Assembly: GCA_017635565.1 (NCBI GenBank)
Contig: JAGBLE010000001.1
Span: forward strand, 2,039-66,038
DNA from: Bacilli bacterium
GTDB taxonomy: Bacteria; Bacillota_I; Bacilli_A; RFN20; CAG-826
Direction: 5' to 3'
DNA length: 64,000 nt
In this document: piece after piece, positions 1 to 8,071 of the stretch
Position numbering within the stretch: position 1 is the stretch's first letter
How the letters are laid out: each line of letters starts with the position of its first letter
Position numbers and translations under genes: made by a program
Notes under the pieces: model-generated
Seen by the model: only the letters and a program-made list of their open reading frames with translations
Database searches by the model: none
Told to the model about the DNA's origin: nothing

Positions 1-136
1 TTCTACGTGGAGAAATTTTTCCATTAGAAGCAATAAACATTTTTAATGTTTCAACATCTTTGTAATCGATGTGGGTAATATTATTTTTCTTAAAGTAACA
101 GACTTTCTTGTGTGGTCTAACTTTTTTGAATGCCAT
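1..136 (-). CDS. rpsR: 30S ribosomal protein S18 (5' part only; gene runs off the left edge)
   Basis: Reverse translation from ATG (136-134) gives [45 protein letters not shown], the conserved S18 N-terminus. Canonical rpsF-ssb-rpsR order. Confidence 0.85.
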   Translation of the reverse strand, partial: MAFKKVRPHKKVCYFKKNNITHIDYKDVETLKMFIASNGKISPRR

Positions 137-152
137 TTTTTAATCTTCCTTT

Positions 153-590
153 CTAAAATGGGAGATCGTCGTCTGTGATTTCAATGCTATCTAAGTTTTT
201 GCTTTCAGCACTGTCAGGTGCCACTTGATTCATGTCATCAAATGGTGGAATATCCATTTCTTCATTAGCGACATTTTGTTCTCTCTTTTCTAAGAATTGA
301 ACTGAGTCACAAATGACTTCAAGGACGCTTCCTTTGCTTCCATCTTGTCTAACGAAGCTTCTTTGAACGAGACGACCTTCGACTCCTACTAATAAACCTT
401 TTCTTGCAAATTTACTGACTGTTTCAACGCGTTGTTCATTAAAGACAACACATGGGATGAAACTAGTTGATTTTTCTTTGCTAAGATTGTCCACTGCAAC
501 GGTGAAAGTTACAACGGATGAACCAGTGTTGGTCTTTCTTAATTCTGGATCGCGGGTTAAGCGACCGACTAAGATAATACGATTAATCAT
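153..590 (-). CDS. ssb: single-stranded DNA-binding protein
   Basis: OB-fold N-terminus MINRIILVGRLTRDPELRKT and an acidic tail ending DDDLPF. Lies between rpsF and rpsR. Confidence 0.9.
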   Translation of the reverse strand: MINRIILVGRLTRDPELRKTNTGSSVVTFTVAVDNLSKEKSTSFIPCVVFNEQRVETVSKFARKGLLVGVEGRLVQRSFVRQDGSKGSVLEVICDSVQFLEKREQNVANEEMDIPPFDDMNQVAPDSAESKNLDSIEITDDDLPF

Positions 591-603
591 TTAATGATGC
601 CTC

Positions 604-894
604 CTATTTGTGTTCTACTACAATTAAATGACGTAAGACACTTGGGTTAATACGAACTAAACGATTGAATTCGTTGATTGCAACGTTGTCCATAGAAACC
701 TTGAGTACAACATAATAGCCTTTGGTTTGTTCCTTAATAGGATACGCTAATTCACGTAATCCCATGGATTCATCAGTGTTTTCAACTTTACCACCATTAT
801 CAGTGATAATAGCAGCGAGCTTATCCATGACATCTTTACGTGAAGCGTCATCTAAATCGGCTTTCAAAATGTACATAATTTCATATTTGCGCAT
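604..894 (-). CDS. rpsF: 30S ribosomal protein S6
   Basis: MRKYEIMYILKADLDD... is a typical S6 N-terminus, 96 aa. GGAGG sits 8 nt upstream of the ATG. Confidence 0.9.
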   Translation of the reverse strand: MRKYEIMYILKADLDDASRKDVMDKLAAIITDNGGKVENTDESMGLRELAYPIKEQTKGYYVVLKVSMDNVAINEFNRLVRINPSVLRHLIVVEHK

Positions 895-921
895 TTCTTT
901 TACCTCCTCTTTGGTCTAATG

Positions 922-940
922 GCTGTTATTTACTAACAGC
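922..940 (-). promoter_or_regulatory. hairpin in the rpsF 5' UTR (possible S6:S18 autoregulatory leader)
   Basis: GCTGTTA-N5-TAACAGC, a 7-bp stem between the predicted promoter and the RBS. r-protein leaders of this kind are known for rpsF operons in Firmicutes; the assignment here is by position only. Confidence 0.3.
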
Positions 941-968
941 AGAGTATTGCTAACAAATTAGCATATGT

Positions 969-997
969 ATTATACATATCGACTTAAATGTTGTAAA
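969..997 (-). promoter_or_regulatory. sigma-A type promoter for rpsF-ssb-rpsR
   Basis: On the minus strand: TTTACA (997-992), 17 nt, TATAAT (974-969). Confidence 0.5.
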
Positions 998-1213
998 GTG
1001 ACATTTCCGTCTTTTTTATTTAAAGAGTTGAAATGGCAAACAACTCTATTAATCGAATTAGTAGGGGCTCACAGAAAGGATTTGTGTTTGGGTGAATAAG
1101 GATGAACAAGAAGTTATGAAAAGTTTGCCCCTACATATATAATACGGAATTACATAGTAATTCCTTGAGGCGAAAAATTTAAAAATTGTGAAAAAAATTT
1201 TCATATAAAAAAA

Positions 1214-1229
1214 TAGACCTAAAGGTCTA
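1214..1229 (-). terminator. rho-independent terminator, now separated from the mscS-like gene by the IS
   Basis: Minus strand: TAGACC-TTTA-GGTCTA followed by a T-run (rc of the A-run at 1207-1213). Lies just outside the left IS inverted repeat. Confidence 0.55.
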
Positions 1230-1253
1230 CTTTCCTATATATTTTTTTATTAT

Positions 1254-2448
1254 AGTCCAATAAAGCAAAGTGTTGATTTTTTTATTTGATAACATCACGA
1301 AATTTTATCTTTGCATCAGCTAAAAATAGTAGTTTAAGCAATAAATTTGATGCGAAATATAGATTTTCATCCTTCATTTTGCAATTCGTTATAAAAGAAT
1401 ATAAGTTCAAATAGTCTTGAATATTGTCTTTATCAATGCCTTTATGTTTTGAAAGAAAATATTTTAGTTTCCTACATTCATCATTAATCGGTTGTAACTC
1501 TTTCATAGCTAATTCTTTTAATATTTTGCCACCTGCTGCATTATAAGCTCTAGATTTCAAATTCAATTCTTTAATTAATACATTATGGACGTGCTCTTCA
1601 TCGTGTATTAAAGTACTGCCTTCTTTAATATGCCGCCAGCACGTCTGATAATATTTATCTTCCTTTGGTCTGCCAAAACCACATTTGATTGCTAAAACAT
1701 GTTCGCCGTTATTCATAAGAACTATGCAAATTTTATTTTTGCTTAGTCCTCTCATCTTCTTGTTATATATTTTCTTTTCTTTAGATTCTTCAACACCAAC
1801 ATATGTTTCATCTAAATAGATATTTCCGTTCATAACTATGTTATTTTGAAAATTTTCAAGCACTTTAAATATCTTTTTCATCCAATAATGACCCGTGGTA
1901 TATGATATTTTGGCTTTTATACAAGCCGCTTTAGTTGATGTTTCAGAAACAATTCCTTCAATGAAACTATGCCAGGCATTAATGTTGACTTTAGTTCCAA
2001 AAAATAAAGAATTAGATGCCGCCGAAAATACTTTTCCACATGAACATCTATATCTCTGAGTCCCATTTTTTGTATGCCCGTTGGATACAAAACTAAAAGA
2101 ACCACAATAGGGACAATTAATTTCTCTAATTTCTAAAACGTTTCTTTCAATCGCCTTAAAATTCGGCTGGTGATGTTTGTCATATTCTTCATTGATGTTT
2201 TTAATTAACTGTTTGGTAACTAAATCATCGTCGCTTAAAAGCACATCAAAAAGTTTTCGATAAGATTTGTTGGTTTGGCTCATAATATCTCTTTATCTTT
2301 AAGCAACAATCTAGAAGAGATTGATCGCCAAACCAGAATCCAGGACTAGATTGCTTCTTAAAAATATCCTTTCTGGCTTGGCAAAAATATAATACCACAA
2401 AAAGAAAAGCGCTGATGGTTAATCATCAACACTTTGCTTTATTGGACT
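1254..2448 (-). mobile_element. IS1595-family insertion sequence (complete, 1195 bp)
   Basis: Perfect 24-bp terminal inverted repeats: AGTCCAATAAAGCAAAGTGTTGAT at 1254-1277 and its exact reverse complement at 2425-2448. They enclose a single transposase ORF. Confidence 0.8.
1282..2283 (-). CDS. IS1595/ISXO2-like DDE transposase with N-terminal zinc ribbon
   Basis: Zinc ribbon CPYCGSFSF...RYRCSCGKVF, then a DDE region with the IYLDETYV motif typical of the IS1595 family. Confidence 0.75.
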   Translation of the reverse strand: MSQTNKSYRKLFDVLLSDDDLVTKQLIKNINEEYDKHHQPNFKAIERNVLEIREINCPYCGSFSFVSNGHTKNGTQRYRCSCGKVFSAASNSLFFGTKVNINAWHSFIEGIVSETSTKAACIKAKISYTTGHYWMKKIFKVLENFQNNIVMNGNIYLDETYVGVEESKEKKIYNKKMRGLSKNKICIVLMNNGEHVLAIKCGFGRPKEDKYYQTCWRHIKEGSTLIHDEEHVHNVLIKELNLKSRAYNAAGGKILKELAMKELQPINDECRKLKYFLSKHKGIDKDNIQDYLNLYSFITNCKMKDENLYFASNLLLKLLFLADAKIKFRDVIK

Positions 2449-2454
2449 TTTTTA

Positions 2455-3345
2455 TTAGTCTCTATTTTTAATATTAATATCGGTGCTACTAGGAATATCG
2501 AGTTTATTGTTTCGACAAGTGATTAAAATCTTTTCACCAAGCTCGTTATAAAGTGGCCAATAATTATCGACACCTGTCCAACATCTGATTTTGAAAACAA
2601 CAGAATAACTATCGAGTTTAGCGATATAGACTGTCTTTTCATCTTCTTTAATTACTTTTTCATCATTATCAATTAATTCGAATAAAACTTTTTTGGCTAA
2701 TTCAACATCGACGTCATACGCTAAACCGACATCATAATCCAATCTTCTCTTTCCGATTCTTGAATAGTTTGTAATAGTTGCAGCGGTCATATTCTTGTTG
2801 GGAATAGTAATCATTTGACCTTGTGGAGTTCTTAAATGAGTAAAGAAGAAGAAAATCTTATCCACTGTTCCTTCTGCAGTTCCATATGAATTTGTAACAG
2901 CGATATATTCTCCGGTTTTGATATTCTTCTGTTGCAAAAGAAGTAATCCAGAAAAGAAAGAACCGATTAAATCTTGTAACGCTAAACCAATTGCGACAGT
3001 CACTGCTGAAATAACTCCAGCGGCTCCAGTTACATCAATCTTAAGAACTGAAATAACCATGAACGCAATTGCTAACCAAAGGAATATTTTGATGAATTGA
3101 ACAATAAAATATTTAGCGGATACATCAATATCTGGTCCCTTTTTATTAATCTTAAAAGCACGAGTAAGAAGCATGCTGACAAGTTTAACAAAAATCCAAC
3201 CAATGATAATTAAAATAACCGCGGTTAAAATACGATAAATATACGGGATTCCGTTAGAGTCTGGTTTAATAAAGAAATCTCCGACCTTTTGCCAGAACTC
3301 AACCCATGATTCATAAGCGTCTAAAATATGTACATTCGTTTTCAT
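2455..3345 (-). CDS. small-conductance mechanosensitive channel (MscS family)
   Basis: N-terminal TM helices, then ALQDLIGSFFSGLLLL...GEYIAV...GTVDKI...TIPNKNM, the MscS pore/beta-domain pattern. Confidence 0.8.
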   Translation of the reverse strand: MKTNVHILDAYESWVEFWQKVGDFFIKPDSNGIPYIYRILTAVILIIIGWIFVKLVSMLLTRAFKINKKGPDIDVSAKYFIVQFIKIFLWLAIAFMVISVLKIDVTGAAGVISAVTVAIGLALQDLIGSFFSGLLLLQQKNIKTGEYIAVTNSYGTAEGTVDKIFFFFTHLRTPQGQMITIPNKNMTAATITNYSRIGKRRLDYDVGLAYDVDVELAKKVLFELIDNDEKVIKEDEKTVYIAKLDSYSVVFKIRCWTGVDNYWPLYNELGEKILITCRNNKLDIPSSTDINIKNRD

Positions 3346-3427
3346 AGCATTACTATTTTATTGAATTATATTTCAGATATCTACATTATTTTTTGAAGGT
3401 TTATAATGGAAAAAGAGGAATTCCAAA

Positions 3428-4723
3428 ATGAATGTTACAAAACTCGGTATTAGAAAATGGTTGTCATTTATCGTGGCAGGATTAATCGGCCAATTAGCGT
3501 GGGCTATTGAAAATAATTATCTCAATGTATATGTCTTTGATTGTACTGGAGATTATAAATATATTCCTATTATGACTGCTTTAAGCGCAGTTGCAGCGAC
3601 AATTACCACGTTATTTATGGGAGCGCTTAGCGATCGACTTGGAAAAAGAAAATTATTCATTTCTTCTGGATATATTATCTGGGGCATTTCAATCATCTTA
3701 TTTGCGTTTTTAGACCCTCATTCAAGCGTTACTTTTGTCGCTAATTCGGCAATGTTAAGTGGAACGATGATTGTTATTATGGACTGTGTCATGACTTTCT
3801 TTGGTAGCACCGCTAACGATGCAGCTTTCAATGCTTTTGTTACTGACAATACCGATGAAACAAATCGAGGAAAAGTTGAATCGGTTCTTTCAATTCTTCC
3901 TTTAGTAGCAATGATTGCGGTTGTTCTTTTACAAGGAATGCTCGTTAATAAAGATAACAAGGATTGGAGCGTTTTCTTTTATGTTTTTGGTGGATTAACT
4001 TCTCTATCTGGTATTATTTGCATTTTCCTTTTACCAAAAGATAATAAGGAAGCGAATAAAGATGAACCATATTTAAAAAACTTAATCCATGGATTTAGAC
4101 CAAGCGTTATAAAACAAAACCCAGAATTATATCTTTCCCTTTTAGCGTTCATGATTTTTTCAATTGGAATTCAAGTATTCATGCCATATTTTATGGTGTA
4201 TATTCAACAAGTCCTCGGTTTTGATTTAGTAACCACTGTTGGTCCAATACTTGTCGTTGCCTGTATCATAACTGTTATAGGCGGTTTCTTTATGGATAAA
4301 ATCGGAAAATATAAGGTTGTATTTACTTCTTTAGGCGCCACAATCTTTGGAGGAATTATCTTAGGAATATTTACTCAACAAGCAGCGATTATTGTTGGTG
4401 GTATCGTCCTTATGACTGGATATTTACTTTCTACCGCTGTTATAAGCGCTAAAATTAGAGACTACACTCCTTCTAACCAAGTTGGATTATTCCAAGGAGT
4501 AAGAATGGTCTTTGTCGTTATGATTCCAATGATTACTGGTCCATATATCGGTCAAGGTGCATCAATGATTAATGGAACGACTTATGTTAACGAATTTAAT
4601 CAAACATCAATCCAACCAAATTCATATATTTTCATCTTTACTGCGATTGTTATGTTATTTGTTTTAATTCCAATCATTTTGTTATTAAGAAAGGAAAAGA
4701 AGAATGAAGAACACTCCTCTTAA
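3428..4723 (+). CDS. MFS-type sugar/glycoside transporter
   Basis: 431 aa with ~12 predicted TM helices. AGAGGA RBS. Overlaps the downstream GH2 gene by 20 nt (translational coupling). Confidence 0.65.
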   Translation: MNVTKLGIRKWLSFIVAGLIGQLAWAIENNYLNVYVFDCTGDYKYIPIMTALSAVAATITTLFMGALSDRLGKRKLFISSGYIIWGISIILFAFLDPHSSVTFVANSAMLSGTMIVIMDCVMTFFGSTANDAAFNAFVTDNTDETNRGKVESVLSILPLVAMIAVVLLQGMLVNKDNKDWSVFFYVFGGLTSLSGIICIFLLPKDNKEANKDEPYLKNLIHGFRPSVIKQNPELYLSLLAFMIFSIGIQVFMPYFMVYIQQVLGFDLVTTVGPILVVACIITVIGGFFMDKIGKYKVVFTSLGATIFGGIILGIFTQQAAIIVGGIVLMTGYLLSTAVISAKIRDYTPSNQVGLFQGVRMVFVVMIPMITGPYIGQGASMINGTTYVNEFNQTSIQPNSYIFIFTAIVMLFVLIPIILLLRKEKKNEEHSS

Positions 4724-6374
4724 TGAATATCCTCGTCCTCAGTTATATCGAGAATCTTATCTTTCTCTTAATGGCTATTGGGATTACTGCATTAGTAAAA
4801 ATGATGAGATTCCTACAAATTATGAAGGGAAAATATTGGTTCCTTTTTCTCCAGAAACTGAATTGAGTGAAGTAAATAAAATTGTTAAACCAGATGAGTA
4901 TCTTTTTTATCGTTTAAATTTTTCTATATCCGATTTTGTAATCAAGGACAAAGTTATCCTCCACTTTTTAGCGGTTGATCAAATCGCTGATGTATATCTT
5001 AATGGTCATTATTTAGGGAATCATGTCGGTGGATTTCTTCCTTTTGAATTTGAAATCCAAAAATATATCACCACTGATAAAAACGAATTAGTGGTAAGGG
5101 TAAAAGATTATTCTGACACTTCATATCATTCTCGGGGAAAACAAAAAATTGAAAGAGGTGGGATATGGTATACCCCACAAAGTGGAATATATTTTCCTGT
5201 TTGGATTGAAAGTGTTTCTTCCGATTATATTCAGAATGTTAAATTCACACCTGATATCGATAAAAGCGAAATTGTAATTAATATTAAAACTGTTGCTAAA
5301 GAAGCAACAATACATATTTTTGGTATGGATCGACCAATCGATACCAATAAGGATGTTCATGTCAAAGTTAAAGATATGCATTTATGGTCTCCTGAAGATC
5401 CATATTTATATTTTGTAAGAATAAATACAGATAACGATGAAGTTACTTCATATTTTGCGATGAGAAAATTTTCTATTATCAAAGATGAGAGTAATATTTC
5501 TCGTATTGCATTAAATAATAAACCATATTTCATGAAAGGAATATTAGACCAAGGATATTATAAAAAAGGGTTATTAACTCCTAGTTCCTATGATGATTAT
5601 GTCAAAGACATTGAACTTGTCAAATCCCTTGGCTTTAACACGATAAGAAAGCACATCAAAATTGAAATGCCACGATGGTATTTTGAATGCGATAAAAGAG
5701 GAATCGTTGTTTGGCAAGATTTTGTTAATGGAGGAGAAAAATATAAGTTCTCCACGATTGCGTTTCCATTAATTACTGGAAGGCATCATAAGGATACGAA
5801 TTATAAAAAATTCGCTAGAGAAAATATCGAAGGACGAAAAGAAGCTCTTCAAGAGTTTAAAAACACAATAAATTATCTATATAATGTTCCTTCTATCGCC
5901 TTATGGACCATCTTTAACGAAGGATGGGGTCAATTTGATTCAAAATATATTTATGAAGAGATGAAGAAAATTGATAACACGAGATTATATGATCACGCCT
6001 CTGGGTGGCACGATCAAGGAATTAGTGATGTCAAATCATATCATGTTTATTTCAAAAATTTTAAATGTAAAAAAGATAAAAATGATAGAGCGGTTATTCT
6101 TTCTGAATTTGGAGGATTCGTTTATAAAATTGAAAATCACTCTCAAGGTGGAAAGAAGACCTATAAAGAGTTTGATAATCCTGATAATTGGTTAAAAAGA
6201 TATAAGAAATCAATTGAAATCGATATTTTAAATAATATCCCAAAAGGATTAAGTGCGATGATATACACTCAACTTAGTGATGTCGAAGATGAATGTAACG
6301 GCTTTGTAACTTTTGATCGGGAAATAGTAAAAATAGACCCAAAAGAAATAAAACTGATAAATAGTAAAATTTAA
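4704..6374 (+). CDS. glycoside hydrolase family 2 enzyme
   Basis: GH2 sugar-binding-domain pattern YLNGHYLGNHVGGFLPFEFEI and a TIM-barrel acid/base-type motif WTIFNEGWG. Confidence 0.75.
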   Translation: MKNTPLNEYPRPQLYRESYLSLNGYWDYCISKNDEIPTNYEGKILVPFSPETELSEVNKIVKPDEYLFYRLNFSISDFVIKDKVILHFLAVDQIADVYLNGHYLGNHVGGFLPFEFEIQKYITTDKNELVVRVKDYSDTSYHSRGKQKIERGGIWYTPQSGIYFPVWIESVSSDYIQNVKFTPDIDKSEIVINIKTVAKEATIHIFGMDRPIDTNKDVHVKVKDMHLWSPEDPYLYFVRINTDNDEVTSYFAMRKFSIIKDESNISRIALNNKPYFMKGILDQGYYKKGLLTPSSYDDYVKDIELVKSLGFNTIRKHIKIEMPRWYFECDKRGIVVWQDFVNGGEKYKFSTIAFPLITGRHHKDTNYKKFARENIEGRKEALQEFKNTINYLYNVPSIALWTIFNEGWGQFDSKYIYEEMKKIDNTRLYDHASGWHDQGISDVKSYHVYFKNFKCKKDKNDRAVILSEFGGFVYKIENHSQGGKKTYKEFDNPDNWLKRYKKSIEIDILNNIPKGLSAMIYTQLSDVEDECNGFVTFDREIVKIDPKEIKLINSKI

Positions 6375-6508
6375 ATATATGTAAACAAATACATAACAAC
6401 TTTCACCCGAAGTTTTTTTGTAATGAAAGTAAAACTTGGCGCTCGTTCAATGAATTTTCCAATCATTAACAATAATAAAACAAAAACGCAAAAAGAAGAG
6501 CAAGAAAA

Positions 6509-6551
6509 AAGATGACTTGCTAGAGACGCAACAGTCTAATGAAGTCATCTT
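6509..6551 (-). terminator. terminator hairpin downstream of the 6560-8008 gene
   Basis: 10-bp stem AAGATGACTT (6509-6518) / AAGTCATCTT (6542-6551). On the minus strand it is followed by TTTTTTCTT. Confidence 0.5.
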
Positions 6552-6559
6552 TGTAATTA

Positions 6560-8008
6560 TTATTTTCCTTTAACTGCAAGCTTAATCACTTCATATCCAC
6601 CATCATATATGCCAGTAGCTTTTAATTTAACAATTTGGTTATTTAGATGAATAAGCAAATCCTTATCATTAGTGAGTCGGTCAAGCATCTCGGTCATGCT
6701 CTTCTTATCTGGACATTCAAATGTTGAATCACCAATTTCTTGAGCGTGAACCGCTCCATAAACTTCATGACCACCAATATGTTTCATCATAACTTTCACT
6801 ACAGGATAGAAAGCTAATTCACTTGGCTTAGTAATAAGAAGTTCAACTTGTCTCATTAACAAATTAGTGGAATAAACTGCTTCAAAAATATTTTTATGAT
6901 AGAAGATATGGATGCCTTTAATCACTTCGTTTTCCATTTTAGAAACAAATTCTTTAGTCTCGTCATATTGGTCAAAATGAGTGACACACATTTTTTCAAA
7001 TCCTTTAATCTTTTTCTTTAAGAACTCAAACATATCAAGGTGATCACCTAAATTAATAAATAATGAAACTTTATCTTCTTTTACCATTGGTAAGAGATGA
7101 TTAACAATTTCTAAAAATGATTTAGCACCCGCTCCTGCTCCACCGACAGAAGTTAAAATTCTAATTGGTTCATTGTTTTTAATTCTTCGATTACGAGCTC
7201 CAACATCTTTTTCAATATTTGCGACTAATTCGTGATCAATATAATGACCAACTTCTTTTAATTCGGTTTCAGGAATTCCTTTTAATGGTTTCTTTGCCAT
7301 TCCATTAAGCATTTTATATCCGAGATACGCGAAAGGAGTTTGAACTGCGTGAATGGCTCCTTCAGAAAGGTGTAACGCCATTGGCCAGTTATCAGGAATG
7401 GCATTAACAACGTGATTCATACCAGCGTGAACTGCTCCTTGAGAAGGCCATACATGAGTGGCAACATAAGGGGTTTCTTTCGGTAAATCACGATATAAAG
7501 GCGCTAATAATTCAGAGTTTTTTTGATCGGTTGAATTATAAGTAATTTGTCTAAAGCCTTCACTATTAAGTGGTTCCCAAAATAATTTATTAAACAAATA
7601 TATTTTTTGAGATAATCGGCTCGCTGTTGAATAAAGATCATTTTGATATCTAATCATCTTACTTCCAGTTGCATCAAAACTTGCTAAGTCCATCCAAATT
7701 GGCTCATATCCAAGCGCTTTAGCGCAGCTCGCAAGAGCAATTGAAATACGATAATGTCCAAATCCCATTCTGATATTTCCAACAACAACCGCGTTATTCG
7801 GTAATTGAAGTGGTTTATCTGAGAGAACAAGATTTTGAGCGCCAATAAAATCAAGGGTAGGAATTGGTTCTAATCCAAGATGATATTCTTTGTTTGTGTC
7901 ATCTCCGAATTTTTTAATAAATTTTTGTTTTCCTTTAATTCCTTTTTTAATGGTTTTCTTATCGATTTGATTGCCAAATATGACACTTGATCTATCTTTA
8001 ATTTCCAT
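6560..8008 (-). CDS. GT-B-fold glycosyltransferase-like protein (MGDG-synthase/GT28-like), function unassigned
   Basis: N-terminal GNIRMGFGHYRISIALA resembles the G-x-GH motif of UgtP/MGDG synthases, and ILTSVGGAGAG resembles the C-terminal nucleotide-sugar loop. Start moved to ATG 8008 (GGAGA RBS 7 nt upstream) because the track start at 8044 lies inside a hairpin. Confidence 0.4.
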   Translation of the reverse strand: MEIKDRSSVIFGNQIDKKTIKKGIKGKQKFIKKFGDDTNKEYHLGLEPIPTLDFIGAQNLVLSDKPLQLPNNAVVVGNIRMGFGHYRISIALASCAKALGYEPIWMDLASFDATGSKMIRYQNDLYSTASRLSQKIYLFNKLFWEPLNSEGFRQITYNSTDQKNSELLAPLYRDLPKETPYVATHVWPSQGAVHAGMNHVVNAIPDNWPMALHLSEGAIHAVQTPFAYLGYKMLNGMAKKPLKGIPETELKEVGHYIDHELVANIEKDVGARNRRIKNNEPIRILTSVGGAGAGAKSFLEIVNHLLPMVKEDKVSLFINLGDHLDMFEFLKKKIKGFEKMCVTHFDQYDETKEFVSKMENEVIKGIHIFYHKNIFEAVYSTNLLMRQVELLITKPSELAFYPVVKVMMKHIGGHEVYGAVHAQEIGDSTFECPDKKSMTEMLDRLTNDKDLLIHLNNQIVKLKATGIYDGGYEVIKLAVKGK

Positions 8009-8033
8009 ATATAAGTCTCCAAAATCTAAAGTA

Positions 8034-8059
8034 AACCCTACCACAAACGCAGTAGGGTT
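8034..8059 (-). terminator. hairpin (attenuator or partial terminator) between the GPH transporter and the GT-B-like gene
   Basis: AACCCTAC (8034-8041) / GTAGGGTT (8052-8059). Followed on the minus strand by TTTACTTT. Confidence 0.4.
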
Positions 8060-8071
8060 ATAAATTATTAA

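Noticed and set aside
722-919. Many 60-140-aa ORFs in the six-frame track that lie inside or antisense to long conserved genes. Examples: 722-919, 1917-2105, 2918-3100, 3718-3960, 5121-5381, 8076-8288, 11044-11268, 14855-15160, 17095-17322, 18535-18951, 18669-19103, 19622-19915, 22640-23007, 33276-35559, 37544-39642, 40377-42020, 42146-42693, 43576-43835, 45424-46242, 47391-49182, 52075-52716, 54785-55027, 58772-59029, 63350-63559.
   Set aside because: All are nested in, or opposite to, ORFs with clear family signatures. They have low-complexity or skewed composition typical of off-frame translation of AT-rich coding DNA, and they lack RBS or start context.
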